From Armatimonadota bacterium (lineage in GTDB: Bacteria; Armatimonadota; HRBIN16): DNA of 64,000 nt. The notes under the pieces are model-generated. The model was given only the letters and a program-made list of their open reading frames with translations, was not told the origin of the DNA and did not search any database. A program made the translations under genes and the position numbers. Each line of letters begins with the position of its first letter. The first letter of the stretch is position 1. Below, piece by piece: positions 10,842-20,785 of this stretch. Location of the stretch: positions 4,928,001 through 4,992,000 of the forward strand of contig OY781964.1 of the NCBI GenBank assembly GCA_963677485.1. The letters are read 5' to 3'.

Positions 10842-11102
10842 CTATGGTGAAATGTTGGCCGTTGCTTCCCTCACCTTCTCATTCGCCCTCCTAACTTGCT
10901 CCCCCTCTATTACAATCCGCCCCATCACCCTCGCGAACTCCTCCGCCAAACCCGTCGGCATACCTGCCCCCTGCTCGATGCGCCGAATTCGCTCATCGAG
11001 GTTCGCCAATAAATCCAGCACATGGTTACGGATCGCGCCATCTCGTTTTTCAGATGGCGACGGGATGAGCTCAATCATCCCGCCGTTACGCCTGGTTATC
11101 AA
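10842..11102 (-). CDS. small coiled-coil phage protein, possibly a fibre chaperone
   Basis: 4-bp overlap with the upstream gene; last gene of the tail operon. Confidence 0.55.
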   Translation of the reverse strand: MITRRNGGMIELIPSPSEKRDGAIRNHVLDLLANLDERIRRIEQGAGMPTGLAEEFARVMGRIVIEGEQVRRANEKVREATANISP

Positions 11103-14100
11103 CTGAGTGTCGCTCCTAAAGTATGGATGCGTGGGTAGATCAGGCTGCTACCAGACATCACCGCCTTATAGCGAATTGAGTTACCAGCCGGACTGGTGAA
11201 CACGCGCAGATACAGATACTCAGTCCATGTCTGATCGACCTCACGAGTGGAATCCAGCGTCATCTCTTCCCACGTCACTCCCCCATCATTGGATGCAAAC
11301 CAGATGATCAAACACCCGCTGGGTATGCTCATCTCCGCATAGACCTTGGTCGACTCGACGCCCTGGGTGAGTTCGTTTGCCCTGGAGACATAGGTGCCCT
11401 CGGCATTGTTCAAATAGCCTACCAGGTTCACATCCCCGAAATTGAGGGCAGGCGAGTCATTACCGGAGCTGCCGGTGAATTTCGCTCGTAGTAGCACCCG
11501 CGTGGCCACACTTGGTAGCCGCTCCTCCTCGGCAGGCACGACCGCATCCCAAGTTGCACCGTCATCAGACGAGTAATCCCAGCTCATCGATGTGCCCTGA
11601 GGAATCGCTGAGTATTCATCCACGTTCATCTCCGAAAACTGCACACCCGTAACTGGCTGGAACCGGACCTCTCCAGACGCATCAAACTCATATCCGTAGA
11701 TACGCATGGTAAGGTCAGAGCCGTTAAGCGGTGTCCAGGTCTCCGCGTTAGAGCTTTCGAGCAGCACACCAGCGGCATATGTCTGCCTGGTGATGACGCC
11801 GTTTCGTCCCATCTGACCGAGGCTGGCAATCCGCACGCGGTAGTTTGCAGAGTTAGTAAGCAGCACAACGGCGAAACTGCGGTTGGCAGGAACATAGAAT
11901 GGATCACCGAATGTGACCTTAGTCTGAGTATCCAGTGCAATCTCAGATGGCGAGATCACTTTCTCAGCCAGCACCGTCTCATTTGGCAGGCCTGTGGTCA
12001 CCCCACGTATCTGCACTGTCACAGGGGTCGACGCGTCTTTACGCGTGAAGAAGAGCCCAATCGAGGATATGATCCTGTTCACCGGGAAGCTAAACGTCTG
12101 GGCAAGCGGGTCACGCCGCACGAGAACGGGACGCTCTCTCCAGACGATGCGTTCTACCGGCACTCGTATAACGCGCGGATCCTGATATACGATCGTCTGC
12201 TGAGTGATCGTGTTTGTCACTTCATACCGCTCTATACGGGTGATCACCAGTGGGTCGTTCACCTGTAACATCGCCTGAGCGGAGTATGTGCCGTCGGTCA
12301 TCTCGACAATTCGGTTACCGCTACGAGCCGTCTCAGGAATGGTAAACGCCGTGCTCAATCGTCCGGCCTCATCGCAGTGCACATCGCTTACGACCACCTG
12401 GCCGTCACAGCGAACGGTTATGTTTGTAACAGAAGGAGTGAAGTTAGCACCTGTGACAGCCACCCCGGTCTGTCCCATACGGCCAATATTTGGGGTCACC
12501 TCTATCATCGCAGGCGGCTTATCAAACACCGCATATGGGTTGATGTTCTTCTCTTCAGACCAGTCAAGCTGCTCCACAAGAACCTGCTCGGTTGCCGGGA
12601 GCAGGGCCAGGCTGCCTGTGAAGAGTGCGTTACTGCTCACATGGTCGACCTGTAAGACGTGAGCTGAAGCCACTCGGTCAGGTGCAACAAACCTGCGAAG
12701 TCCGTCTATTCGTGCACTCCACTCGCTGTGAAACAGGTCCGACTGCGCCTCATTTGAAAAGTCATCGGAGTAGATGCCTTTTTTAGTCTGAGCATCCCTG
12801 TTCTGCAGGCTGCTATTCATCTGAGACAGTGCGTCGTTATACTTCAGGTTTTCTACGTCCTGCATCACCTGGTGGATCTGGGGCATTGTCACTCGGCTTA
12901 GTCCGTAGTTGCGGATCGCCATATCCACCGAGTTAGCTGGGCAGTCTACACTCGCAAGAGCCAGAGTGCCCTCCGGCACGACCGGGAGTTTCGGGAAATC
13001 CGAGGATGCACCCTCGATACGAAGAATCTCCCTAGCAGTGGCATAAATGATGTCTTTGCGGCCGAGGTAGTAGTCATAATCCACGCTGCAGTTGGAGCCA
13101 TCTACCGGTTCACCTCCGCCGTCATTTCTGCCGAAGTTAATGATGCTGGTGTTACCGGATGTGATCACAGGCGCGGGAGCGGTCAGCCCGCTTGTGTTTA
13201 CGGCAGGGGGGCTATTGTTGCTCGTTACGTCCACTCCGTCATCCACGAAGGTCGTCACGCCAGAACCCGGTTCCGCTATCCGCTTGAAGTCGGTCAACGC
13301 GGAATTTTGAACACCGCGGTATACCCGGTAGCCAGTGGCGCCAGAAACAGGCCTCCATGTGACCTGATTTATCTCTCCCGCACCAGTCTGACGTGACACC
13401 ACATTGCCACTGGCGTATTCGCTCTCACCCGCCGCAGACATAACGGTCACCAGATAGAAATACTCACCAGCAACTGTATATGCCGTTTGGCCAAACCATC
13501 CCCCGTCCACGTAGTCTACGCCTTTTACCATCTGCTTGACGTATGTCCAGCGCACGGTGTATGTGGTGCCTATCGCAGGTTCGCTACCAGTGCCCAGCCA
13601 GTCGACATGGTTTCCAGACTGCTGCCAGTCAGTGCCCTCCATGAAGATGGTGGCGCCTTGGCTGACTTCCAGTATGTCCACGACGGGGTTAGGTGCGAGC
13701 AGGTCATCCCCTCCCCCGACCGAGCCGCGTGTGACGTTTGCAGAGTTCTCGACGATCGCTTCAAGCTGTGTGGTCTCCTTTAGCGGAACACTACTTAGGG
13801 CATATCGGCGTTGGCCCGCGTTATATGTCTTCTGTTCACCGCGCACGGACTTTGTGGCCACAGACTTAGGCACTACGGTAGTAGACGGTAAATCCTTCTG
13901 CAGCCTGATCCCCTGCACGTAGGCTCTGCCGGCGTTTGTAATGACAGACACTCCTGCACCGTCACCTGCGCCTATGAAGCTGTCAAAGCCGCGCACCAAA
14001 TAACTACCCGCCTGGTCATATGTGCGTTCTGCCAGGTTCTGTAATAGCGAGTTAAGCCCCTCGGCCGCAGCGAAGTCTAGTTGATCTTCGGTAATCGACG

Positions 14101-14695
14101 AAACGGTAATTCTGCTGCCGGGCAGCGTGCCCAGAAAATTCTGCAAATATAGATTCGATTTCTCGAGCACCGTAGCACTCACTTCACCGCTCGCACGGTC
14201 GAACTTATAGATAGGTACAACTCGGCGTGCCGTGACGTTACTCGGCAGAGCTTCGGCAGAGGTATCACGCTCCCTCAGCACCAGCACCCACTTTTCGCGT
14301 TCTGCCGTCGGCTCACCCGTTGCGGGGTTAATCAGCACGGCGTCCTGGTTGTGCGCGAAGTTATACATCAGCAGTTCAACATATACGTAGTCCACACCAC
14401 TGGTTTTCGCAGGATCAAAACTCAGCGTGGCACCAGGCACCTGCTCTATGTGCCCGTCGATATATACAACGCCTACGGAAAGAGTCACGGCGTTACTGGC
14501 GTTACTGGCAACTTGGGGCACAAGACCACCGATAATTGCGCCCTCTTTGAACAGCAGATCGGAGAGTTTCTTCCGCTCGGAGATGCTGATGTCCTGGACC
14601 TCATTTAACTCCGATTCCAGTAGATCGCGGTCCTGATGATACCTTACCCGCTTGTAATTCTTCGCCGGGTCGAACGTGTTTCTAGATATGGACAT
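11099..14695 (-). CDS. large virion tail/baseplate protein (DUF4815-like) with Fn3/Ig-like inserts
   Basis: N-terminal FDPAKNYKRV..ELNEVQ, ERTYDQAGSY, KGIYSDDF, DPLAQTF; Fn3-like W..VSGATGYRVYR. Confidence 0.75.
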   Translation of the reverse strand: MSISRNTFDPAKNYKRVRYHQDRDLLESELNEVQDISISERKKLSDLLFKEGAIIGGLVPQVASNASNAVTLSVGVVYIDGHIEQVPGATLSFDPAKTSGVDYVYVELLMYNFAHNQDAVLINPATGEPTAEREKWVLVLRERDTSAEALPSNVTARRVVPIYKFDRASGEVSATVLEKSNLYLQNFLGTLPGSRITVSSITEDQLDFAAAEGLNSLLQNLAERTYDQAGSYLVRGFDSFIGAGDGAGVSVITNAGRAYVQGIRLQKDLPSTTVVPKSVATKSVRGEQKTYNAGQRRYALSSVPLKETTQLEAIVENSANVTRGSVGGGDDLLAPNPVVDILEVSQGATIFMEGTDWQQSGNHVDWLGTGSEPAIGTTYTVRWTYVKQMVKGVDYVDGGWFGQTAYTVAGEYFYLVTVMSAAGESEYASGNVVSRQTGAGEINQVTWRPVSGATGYRVYRGVQNSALTDFKRIAEPGSGVTTFVDDGVDVTSNNSPPAVNTSGLTAPAPVITSGNTSIINFGRNDGGGEPVDGSNCSVDYDYYLGRKDIIYATAREILRIEGASSDFPKLPVVPEGTLALASVDCPANSVDMAIRNYGLSRVTMPQIHQVMQDVENLKYNDALSQMNSSLQNRDAQTKKGIYSDDFSNEAQSDLFHSEWSARIDGLRRFVAPDRVASAHVLQVDHVSSNALFTGSLALLPATEQVLVEQLDWSEEKNINPYAVFDKPPAMIEVTPNIGRMGQTGVAVTGANFTPSVTNITVRCDGQVVVSDVHCDEAGRLSTAFTIPETARSGNRIVEMTDGTYSAQAMLQVNDPLVITRIERYEVTNTITQQTIVYQDPRVIRVPVERIVWRERPVLVRRDPLAQTFSFPVNRIISSIGLFFTRKDASTPVTVQIRGVTTGLPNETVLAEKVISPSEIALDTQTKVTFGDPFYVPANRSFAVVLLTNSANYRVRIASLGQMGRNGVITRQTYAAGVLLESSNAETWTPLNGSDLTMRIYGYEFDASGEVRFQPVTGVQFSEMNVDEYSAIPQGTSMSWDYSSDDGATWDAVVPAEEERLPSVATRVLLRAKFTGSSGNDSPALNFGDVNLVGYLNNAEGTYVSRANELTQGVESTKVYAEMSIPSGCLIIWFASNDGGVTWEEMTLDSTREVDQTWTEYLYLRVFTSPAGNSIRYKAVMSGSSLIYPRIHTLGATLS

Positions 14696-14704
14696 GGTGC
14701 CTCC

Positions 14705-15238
14705 TTATATCTTTATGACTCCGACAAGCTCTACTCGCGTGTCGGAGGTCTTGTTGAAATCTGGGATGTTCTTCACTTCGTATAGATAACCAGGCGTCTG
14801 GACCTGGCCTGCCGGGTTAACAGCAGCGTCATATACGCCGTTTTCGGCGTAGTCGGACTGGTGCTCAGCCAAATACGTCACGCCGCCACCGAAGAATCCG
14901 TATTCCCTGATCGTAATTCCGTTCGCTTCAGCTTCGTCAAATCTAAAGAATAGGCCAAGTGTCTGCGTCGGTAGGCCTGTCTCCGAGTAGCGCACACCGC
15001 TGACTTCAAGCACCCCCTCCGGGTCTTCAGTTAGAAACGTACTCTTGTGGCACCGCTTCCGTGCGAGCTCATGAATAAGCGATGTTTGATCCACGCTTAC
15101 GTCAGGCGGATTGAGCGGATCGGTGAACGTGACATCTCCGTCCCCTACGGCGCAGTGCGTGATTCCATCAATGGGGTCGCCCTTTAGTAGCCTGGCCGAT
15201 AGTATTCGACCGCTTGTTGTGATAAGTCCCTGAGACAT
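14705..15238 (-). CDS. tail-collar/fibre N-terminal-like protein
   Basis: ITTSGR...ITHCAVGDG...L.HE..R...EANGITIREYGFF pattern; position among tail genes. Confidence 0.65.
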   Translation of the reverse strand: MSQGLITTSGRILSARLLKGDPIDGITHCAVGDGDVTFTDPLNPPDVSVDQTSLIHELARKRCHKSTFLTEDPEGVLEVSGVRYSETGLPTQTLGLFFRFDEAEANGITIREYGFFGGGVTYLAEHQSDYAENGVYDAAVNPAGQVQTPGYLYEVKNIPDFNKTSDTRVELVGVIKI

Positions 15239-15266
15239 TGTTTTCTCCTTCTATTTCCATTTCTGC

Positions 15267-16121
15267 CTAAACCCGGATTGAATGCTCTTCGCATACCAGC
15301 AGGTGATAAACAGCCAGTGAGTAGTCGCTATCTGGTGCTTGGCGATGTATGACGTGAATTCCAGTATCCCCACTGGTTTCAAACATTCTGGTCACTCGCA
15401 ATCTCACATCGGTATTAGCTAGACCTGCGTCTGTGATATCAAGCAGCAGATCTGCGGTGATGGTGCGTGCGTTCCACACGGTGATCAGGGCGTATGTACC
15501 CGAATGAACCGAGCTTGATACTCTGGCACATACATCGGCGAAGCATTCAAAAGCACCACTTATGACAACCGCTGCGTCGCAGTGCTGGGTGAGTTGCCCG
15601 CTGATTCGCAGCGCAGAATCACTTGTGGCCAGATCGACATTTTCCAGTCCCGTTCTCGTGGCCTGAAGCAGCGTGTCAACATCCACTAGAAACGCGCTGG
15701 ATATGCAGGCGCTCATGTCACAGAAGAAGTCAACAAGGCTACTGACCGCTACCAAGCTGTCGCAGTCATAGCTAAGTTGTCCACTTACCTGCAAAGATAC
15801 GTCGGCATCAATCCCAAGTGGCCTGTTCACCTGCACCATCGCATCGTAATCTGACTGCACGGCTCCGGTGATAGCGACGCGTGAGTCCGCAAGCAACTCG
15901 CGTGTCCCCACAACGGTCACACCACTGTCCGTATCCACGCTCAGTGCCCGGACCACACTCAGCCTGACGTCCACAGAGATGCTGACTACTTGCGATGCCA
16001 CACCAGGGCCGAGAAGATCATAGATGATGCCCTTATTTCTGGTCCCAAGCATACGAGTGCGTGGCAGCACCTGCCCCGACCTGGTAACAACGGTCTGTTT
16101 TCGACCGCTATGAACTGCCAA
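15267..16121 (-). CDS. beta-repeat tail-associated protein
   Basis: About 14-aa periodic D-x-x-(L/V)-x-(V/I) repeats; TTG start. Confidence 0.55.
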   Translation of the reverse strand: MAVHSGRKQTVVTRSGQVLPRTRMLGTRNKGIIYDLLGPGVASQVVSISVDVRLSVVRALSVDTDSGVTVVGTRELLADSRVAITGAVQSDYDAMVQVNRPLGIDADVSLQVSGQLSYDCDSLVAVSSLVDFFCDMSACISSAFLVDVDTLLQATRTGLENVDLATSDSALRISGQLTQHCDAAVVISGAFECFADVCARVSSSVHSGTYALITVWNARTITADLLLDITDAGLANTDVRLRVTRMFETSGDTGIHVIHRQAPDSDYSLAVYHLLVCEEHSIRV

Positions 16122-16239
16122 GTTTCACCTTGCCCTTGATCACCAGCCCTTTGCCGACAATTTGAAATATCTTATTGCGTGGAAGCACTGGTCCCTTTGG
16201 CGTGTCCACATCTTTAGATTTGCCAGCACGTATCGCCAT
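16108..16239 (-). CDS. 43-aa basic protein, paralogue of the N-terminus of the next gene
   Basis: Below the ORF-track cutoff. MAIRAGKSKDVDTPKGPVLPRNKIFQIVGKGLVIKGKVKLGSS, with AGGGAG upstream, fills the gap between its neighbours. Confidence 0.7.
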   Translation of the reverse strand: MAIRAGKSKDVDTPKGPVLPRNKIFQIVGKGLVIKGKVKLGSS

Positions 16240-16242
16240 TTA

Positions 16243-17232
16243 TCACTCCCTAATCGCTGTCCAACCGCCACTCGTCAGGTTGAACATTTTATAGGTGATT
16301 GTGCCTAAATCTATCACGTCCTCCGAGTCACCTGCCGTGCTTCCTACAGAGAAGACCTCTATTAACTCGCCTCGAAGCTCTTCGTATCCGGTGGATGTGC
16401 AGGCCACAAGCCAGGGAAACATGGTAACAAGGCTGTATCTCATGTCCGGATCACAAGCGCCGGCCAGTGCACCACTGGCAGCTCCGCATGTCATTGTTTG
16501 TCCTGTAGCCGATGGGTAGCCGTTCCATCTGTTGATAGCAATGCAAGCACCGGGCATTGTGTTCCTACCGATGATGACCGGTTGTGGGTCTTCTCCAATC
16601 TTGGCACCTGAGGCGTAACCAGCCACAAGTGTCGCAAGGGTCACACTGTTTGGCGTAGAGCTGGTATCACGCGAGGTCACAAGCACCCGTTCAATGTTGG
16701 CATCATCCTTAATGATGTAGCTCTTATTTACAGTCAGAATCGACGCATCCCCCACTGGCACGACAACACCGCTTCCGGCGGTCACCGCACTTTGCGACAC
16801 TGCTGTCTGTGCCGACCAGAAGCGGGTGATGACCCCGCTGTAGTGTCCGTAGTAGACCGTCACGATCTTTGTCACTACGAAAACATGGTCTTTATCGCCG
16901 TATAACCAGTAGAGGAACTGCGCGGCATCTTTCGTAGAGATTAAAGTGGCACCGGTTGAAAAGGCCACCTTAACTCCTACGTGAGTGGTTGCATTCCAGT
17001 AGAGGTAGCCTTTCACCGTTATGCAGTCTAGATTAACTGTGTCGTTGATAAACTGGATATAGATGTCCTCATTACCCGATTCACCGGTGGACTTGAGCAC
17101 ATAATACGGCTCTGCAGCCCCTGACCCGTCATCATGGAGAGACCAGCCGCAGGTTGTCACCAGGAAATCCTTCAGCTTCACTAGTAGATCAGCTGTATTC
17201 GTAGCGGTGCCTGACGTAGAATGATATGCCAT
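16243..17232 (-). CDS. putative tail fibre/receptor-binding protein
   Basis: DLLVKLKDFLVTTCGWS N-terminus, Thr/Gly-rich beta composition, AGGAG RBS. Confidence 0.55.
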   Translation of the reverse strand: MAYHSTSGTATNTADLLVKLKDFLVTTCGWSLHDDGSGAAEPYYVLKSTGESGNEDIYIQFINDTVNLDCITVKGYLYWNATTHVGVKVAFSTGATLISTKDAAQFLYWLYGDKDHVFVVTKIVTVYYGHYSGVITRFWSAQTAVSQSAVTAGSGVVVPVGDASILTVNKSYIIKDDANIERVLVTSRDTSSTPNSVTLATLVAGYASGAKIGEDPQPVIIGRNTMPGACIAINRWNGYPSATGQTMTCGAASGALAGACDPDMRYSLVTMFPWLVACTSTGYEELRGELIEVFSVGSTAGDSEDVIDLGTITYKMFNLTSGGWTAIRE

Positions 17233-17245
17233 CTGTTTCTCCTAA

Positions 17246-17836
17246 CTAGACCGGGGCCTCTATGCCCATAATGCGTATCTTAATGTCGCTCTTATTCTGC
17301 ACCGGTGTGCCCGCAGGAACAGTGAACCTGCGCCAAAACGAGAGCGTCACGTCATGTAGTTTGTCACCTAGGGTTAGCTCTGCCCCAGGTGTCGCCCCGT
17401 CAAGTGCCGCCTGCGAGAGAGCAAGCTTGCACCAGGACGATTCATCAGTGTCAGCAGAGTCCACAGGCAGCACCTTGAGAGCGGTGAAGCTCAGTGCGGA
17501 GTAGACCGCAGTGCCGCTGGTATGCACTGCAGCTATTGTCCCGTTCTGGCCGCGCTGCACGGTGAGGCTTGTGCTGCCTCCCCCTGCGGTGATCTTCATC
17601 TGCTCAGTTTCCACGATAATGGTGTCACCACTCACAAACCTGGCTGCAGCGATCGTGACGGCCGTCTGCACCGCTGTGATATTTGCGGCAAGCGTGCTCT
17701 GCTCATTGGCGACGAAAAGTTCACGCTCTTTTGTCTGGCCGTCGGTGCCGTTATATGTGTCCGAATCAGGGCTGACAAGCGTGCCCTCAGATATCTGCTG
17801 CGTAAGCGCAGCATCCTTATATAGATGTATAGCCAA
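17246..17836 (-). CDS. putative tail structural protein
   Basis: E.M.IT....SLTVQRGQNGT.AA.H..G module of the kind seen in virion proteins. Confidence 0.55.
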   Translation of the reverse strand: MAIHLYKDAALTQQISEGTLVSPDSDTYNGTDGQTKERELFVANEQSTLAANITAVQTAVTIAAARFVSGDTIIVETEQMKITAGGGSTSLTVQRGQNGTIAAVHTSGTAVYSALSFTALKVLPVDSADTDESSWCKLALSQAALDGATPGAELTLGDKLHDVTLSFWRRFTVPAGTPVQNKSDIKIRIMGIEAPV

Positions 17837-17848
17837 AATGCGGCTCTC

Positions 17849-18925
17849 CTATTCCTGTGGCCACTGAGTGACCGTGTAGAGGTTCGCAGCGGCTTCAATA
17901 CCTGGTGCTACGAATCCTGAGATATCTATCTGCCTGAACACAAACCGGTAAGAAAGGTCCGCGTGTGCCAGTTTTGAGCGGTTCAGATGCGTGCGAGTCA
18001 GGCGGGACAGGCAAGACAGGCGAGAGATAACCGCCTTATCGCCCAGCGGCCCCATGTGCAGCCCCACGTCGACTTCACATTCAAGCTGCAGCCGCCTTCT
18101 GGAGAGTTCCACACGCTTGATCTTGTCTGTTCCAAGCACAAAACAGCCTAGCTTATTGCCAGCCGTTCGCCCGTGCCAGCGGTTAATGATCACGCCTGCC
18201 CCGGTAAAACCCTGTGTCTGCACGCACTGCTGAGTGACCCCCCAGTAGCTCCAGGTGTTCTGCTTCTTTGTCAGTTTGTAACCGAAGTTTACTTTATGCT
18301 GACCCAAAGTAAACACGTCCCTGATACGAGCCGTCGAGTGCAAATCTACCGTTCGTCGAAGGGTTGCAGAGATATCACTGCCCACCGTCTGTCCAGACAA
18401 AAGCCACTGCAAAAAGATTACCCGCGTTCCCGCAGGATGCTGGGTGGACAGAACACGGCGCATCTCGGGCACGATGGATCTGCTCTCCACCCGGTAGACA
18501 CCCAGGCTATAAAGCTGGCCGCAGAGTTTGGACTGAGCAATCACAGCTCGTTTGTTCAGCCGCAGCGCCCCTCGGAAAGTCTCCTCTATCGCCCCTTGCC
18601 AACCCGCGTTTTCCAAAGCACGGCGGACCGCTGGCATCGAACCCTTACGCCGGTAATGTGCGATCACTTCCTTTATCTCGCTGCGCTGGGTGTCGGGGCC
18701 CCTAAGTGGGTCAAAGCAATAACCTACTGTGGCCGCAAGCAGCGGTAGGTATCTTGGGTCACAGCTGTCTACGTCCCATATCTCCGGTAGCTTTTCGATG
18801 AGCTCCTTTATCTCGTCAAGCGTCGCCGCTGGGACCCCCAGGAAGGCGCGAAGATCACCCTCAGTGTCGCGCTCCCTGTAGATGGCCGGTAAAAGCTCCA
18901 GCAGCTTCTCCTGGAAGTAGCTCAC
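17849..18925 (-). CDS. baseplate wedge protein, P2 gpI-like
   Basis: LLPAIYR..D, YLPLLAATVG, YRRKGS, HPAGT. Confidence 0.8.
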   Translation of the reverse strand: MSYFQEKLLELLPAIYRERDTEGDLRAFLGVPAATLDEIKELIEKLPEIWDVDSCDPRYLPLLAATVGYCFDPLRGPDTQRSEIKEVIAHYRRKGSMPAVRRALENAGWQGAIEETFRGALRLNKRAVIAQSKLCGQLYSLGVYRVESRSIVPEMRRVLSTQHPAGTRVIFLQWLLSGQTVGSDISATLRRTVDLHSTARIRDVFTLGQHKVNFGYKLTKKQNTWSYWGVTQQCVQTQGFTGAGVIINRWHGRTAGNKLGCFVLGTDKIKRVELSRRRLQLECEVDVGLHMGPLGDKAVISRLSCLSRLTRTHLNRSKLAHADLSYRFVFRQIDISGFVAPGIEAAANLYTVTQWPQE

Positions 18926-20334
18926 AGTGTAACCCTGTTCATGTCCAGATTAGTCTCACCGAGTGTCGGCAGCTCACCAGCACCGATATCTATGTCAGAC
19001 GTGGGGTAAATCATCTTCACGTGGCTCACCCCGCGCACACCACCTAAAACAAGCACGAGATCCGAGAAATGCACAGACTGTCCGAATGACATCTTCGTAA
19101 ATGAGAAGAAATCACGAAGTGCCGCTTCTGCCTGGCTTCGCACACCGTTCATATCTGCCGAAGGATTTACATAAAGCTCAGCGCAGATATCCACAGGTAT
19201 GTAAATCGCGTCAAACAGGTTCACCTCAATAGTGAGCACTTTGCGGGATTCGATAAACTCAGCAAGCTCACTCTTGAGCACGGGTGAAGGAACACCACCA
19301 CCGTCCGGCGCAATGCTCATATTTACCTGGTAATAGCGGATTCCGGCGTCATCGTTGTGGTCGAGTACCTGCACTTTCGCCACACCAGCAAAGCCTTCAG
19401 CAAGAGCCTTGTAGTCATCCTTGGTGACCGCCTTCCAAAGTGAACGCAGTTCAGCTGGGGCCTGCAGCTTAGCATGTTCCAGGCTTTCACGCTCAGAGCC
19501 GCCTGTGCTTGCGGTGGTGTTGGTCACAGACAGATCGATCCGTGTGCCGTTTTGAGTGACAGGGCTGAGTATCTCCGTCACCAGTCCGCGAGCGATGTTT
19601 CCAGATGCGCCCAGTGTTTCGAGGTACTCAACTTCGACCGCTTCGTTAGCCGGGGGTATCGCGCCGTGAACTGAGTCACCAAATACCACCCAGCACCCGT
19701 TTAGCCCGTCTGTCTCTACCTGGTAGTGAAATGATTCGCAGCCGCTGTCCGCAAAAAGCTGCACCTCATTCCAAGCACTATTCCCCACTCGAAGCTGCAC
19801 GCTGCCCTGGGCAACACTTGTAGACGATAAAGCAAAACGCTGGCCACGCGTTCCGGTCGAGATGAACTGCTCACTCTTTCTCGCGCCTTGACGCGCAGCA
19901 GAATCTACCCATAATTGTCCACGGGGTATGACTGCATCATCTATCGTCTCAAACTGAGCGTCTCCGTCATCCAGCCTGGCGACGCAGATTATTCCTGCAG
20001 CGATAGTTACATCATCCGTCATCACTGAGCCCAAGCTGAACCTCAGCGTGGTCGTTGATGCCACAGGGCTGTCAAGCTTGTAGCCGATCAGCTTGCACAG
20101 ATTGATCACATTCTGGCGCTGCCTCGCAGTTGGCAGAAAAGCCTCCGCTGCCTGCGCGTCAAGGTAGTAGGCGAGCATGTCAGCCGTGCCGCAGAATAGC
20201 TCAAGCAGCACTACCCCCAGGTCCGACTCGTTGAAGTCGGTCCAGCGCTCAGTAAGTAGCGGAATACGGCTAAGCAGTTCCTGGCGAAGCGATTCGTAGT
20301 CTTTGTTTGTGTACGAGATACTCGCTCTACCCAT
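18922..20334 (-). CDS. baseplate J/gp6-like wedge protein
   Basis: YTNKDYESLR, WTDFNESDLG..LLELF, FGD..HG.IP, GG.ERES, AVT.DDY. Confidence 0.9.
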   Translation of the reverse strand: MGRASISYTNKDYESLRQELLSRIPLLTERWTDFNESDLGVVLLELFCGTADMLAYYLDAQAAEAFLPTARQRQNVINLCKLIGYKLDSPVASTTTLRFSLGSVMTDDVTIAAGIICVARLDDGDAQFETIDDAVIPRGQLWVDSAARQGARKSEQFISTGTRGQRFALSSTSVAQGSVQLRVGNSAWNEVQLFADSGCESFHYQVETDGLNGCWVVFGDSVHGAIPPANEAVEVEYLETLGASGNIARGLVTEILSPVTQNGTRIDLSVTNTTASTGGSERESLEHAKLQAPAELRSLWKAVTKDDYKALAEGFAGVAKVQVLDHNDDAGIRYYQVNMSIAPDGGGVPSPVLKSELAEFIESRKVLTIEVNLFDAIYIPVDICAELYVNPSADMNGVRSQAEAALRDFFSFTKMSFGQSVHFSDLVLVLGGVRGVSHVKMIYPTSDIDIGAGELPTLGETNLDMNRVTL

Positions 20335-20785
20335 GCCGATCTGCTCCGCTCGGGGTGGTTATTTGGCCGCCTAGAATTTCGTCACGGTAAAACGGGTAGA
20401 CCAGATTACCAGCCACCTGCGTGTCTATCACCCGGTAGGCTATACATATATATAATGTATGCTGGTCTATCGCCCCCGACGTCTCGTCGAAGGTGACCTC
20501 GGTGACCACAATACGCCGCTCCCACCGCTCCAGAGCATCTAGCACGTAGTGGCGCAGCAGCCCTTTCAGCACCTGATCGCTCGGTTCAAACACCAGCTCC
20601 CTGAGATAGGAACCAAATTCGGGACACATAAAGCGTTCGCCCGGGCGCGTGCCAAGTATTTGCAGAATGCTCTCATGGATGTGCGCATGGTCCCTTGAGG
20701 TCACTGTGGAGACCTGCGCACCGCCGCTCCGCCTGGCAAACGCAAACGGAAAGCGTAGCCCCTTGCCTAGATGATCCATACTCAT
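20327..20785 (-). CDS. baseplate gp25/GPW protein
   Basis: ILGTRPGERFM.PEFGS, WERRI, NLVYPFY. Confidence 0.92.
   Translation of the reverse strand: MSMDHLGKGLRFPFAFARRSGGAQVSTVTSRDHAHIHESILQILGTRPGERFMCPEFGSYLRELVFEPSDQVLKGLLRHYVLDALERWERRIVVTEVTFDETSGAIDQHTLYICIAYRVIDTQVAGNLVYPFYRDEILGGQITTPSGADRHG

Noticed and set aside
11099-17836. Diversity-generating retroelement or invertible fibre cassette
   Set aside because: No reverse transcriptase, invertase or TR/VR pair seen
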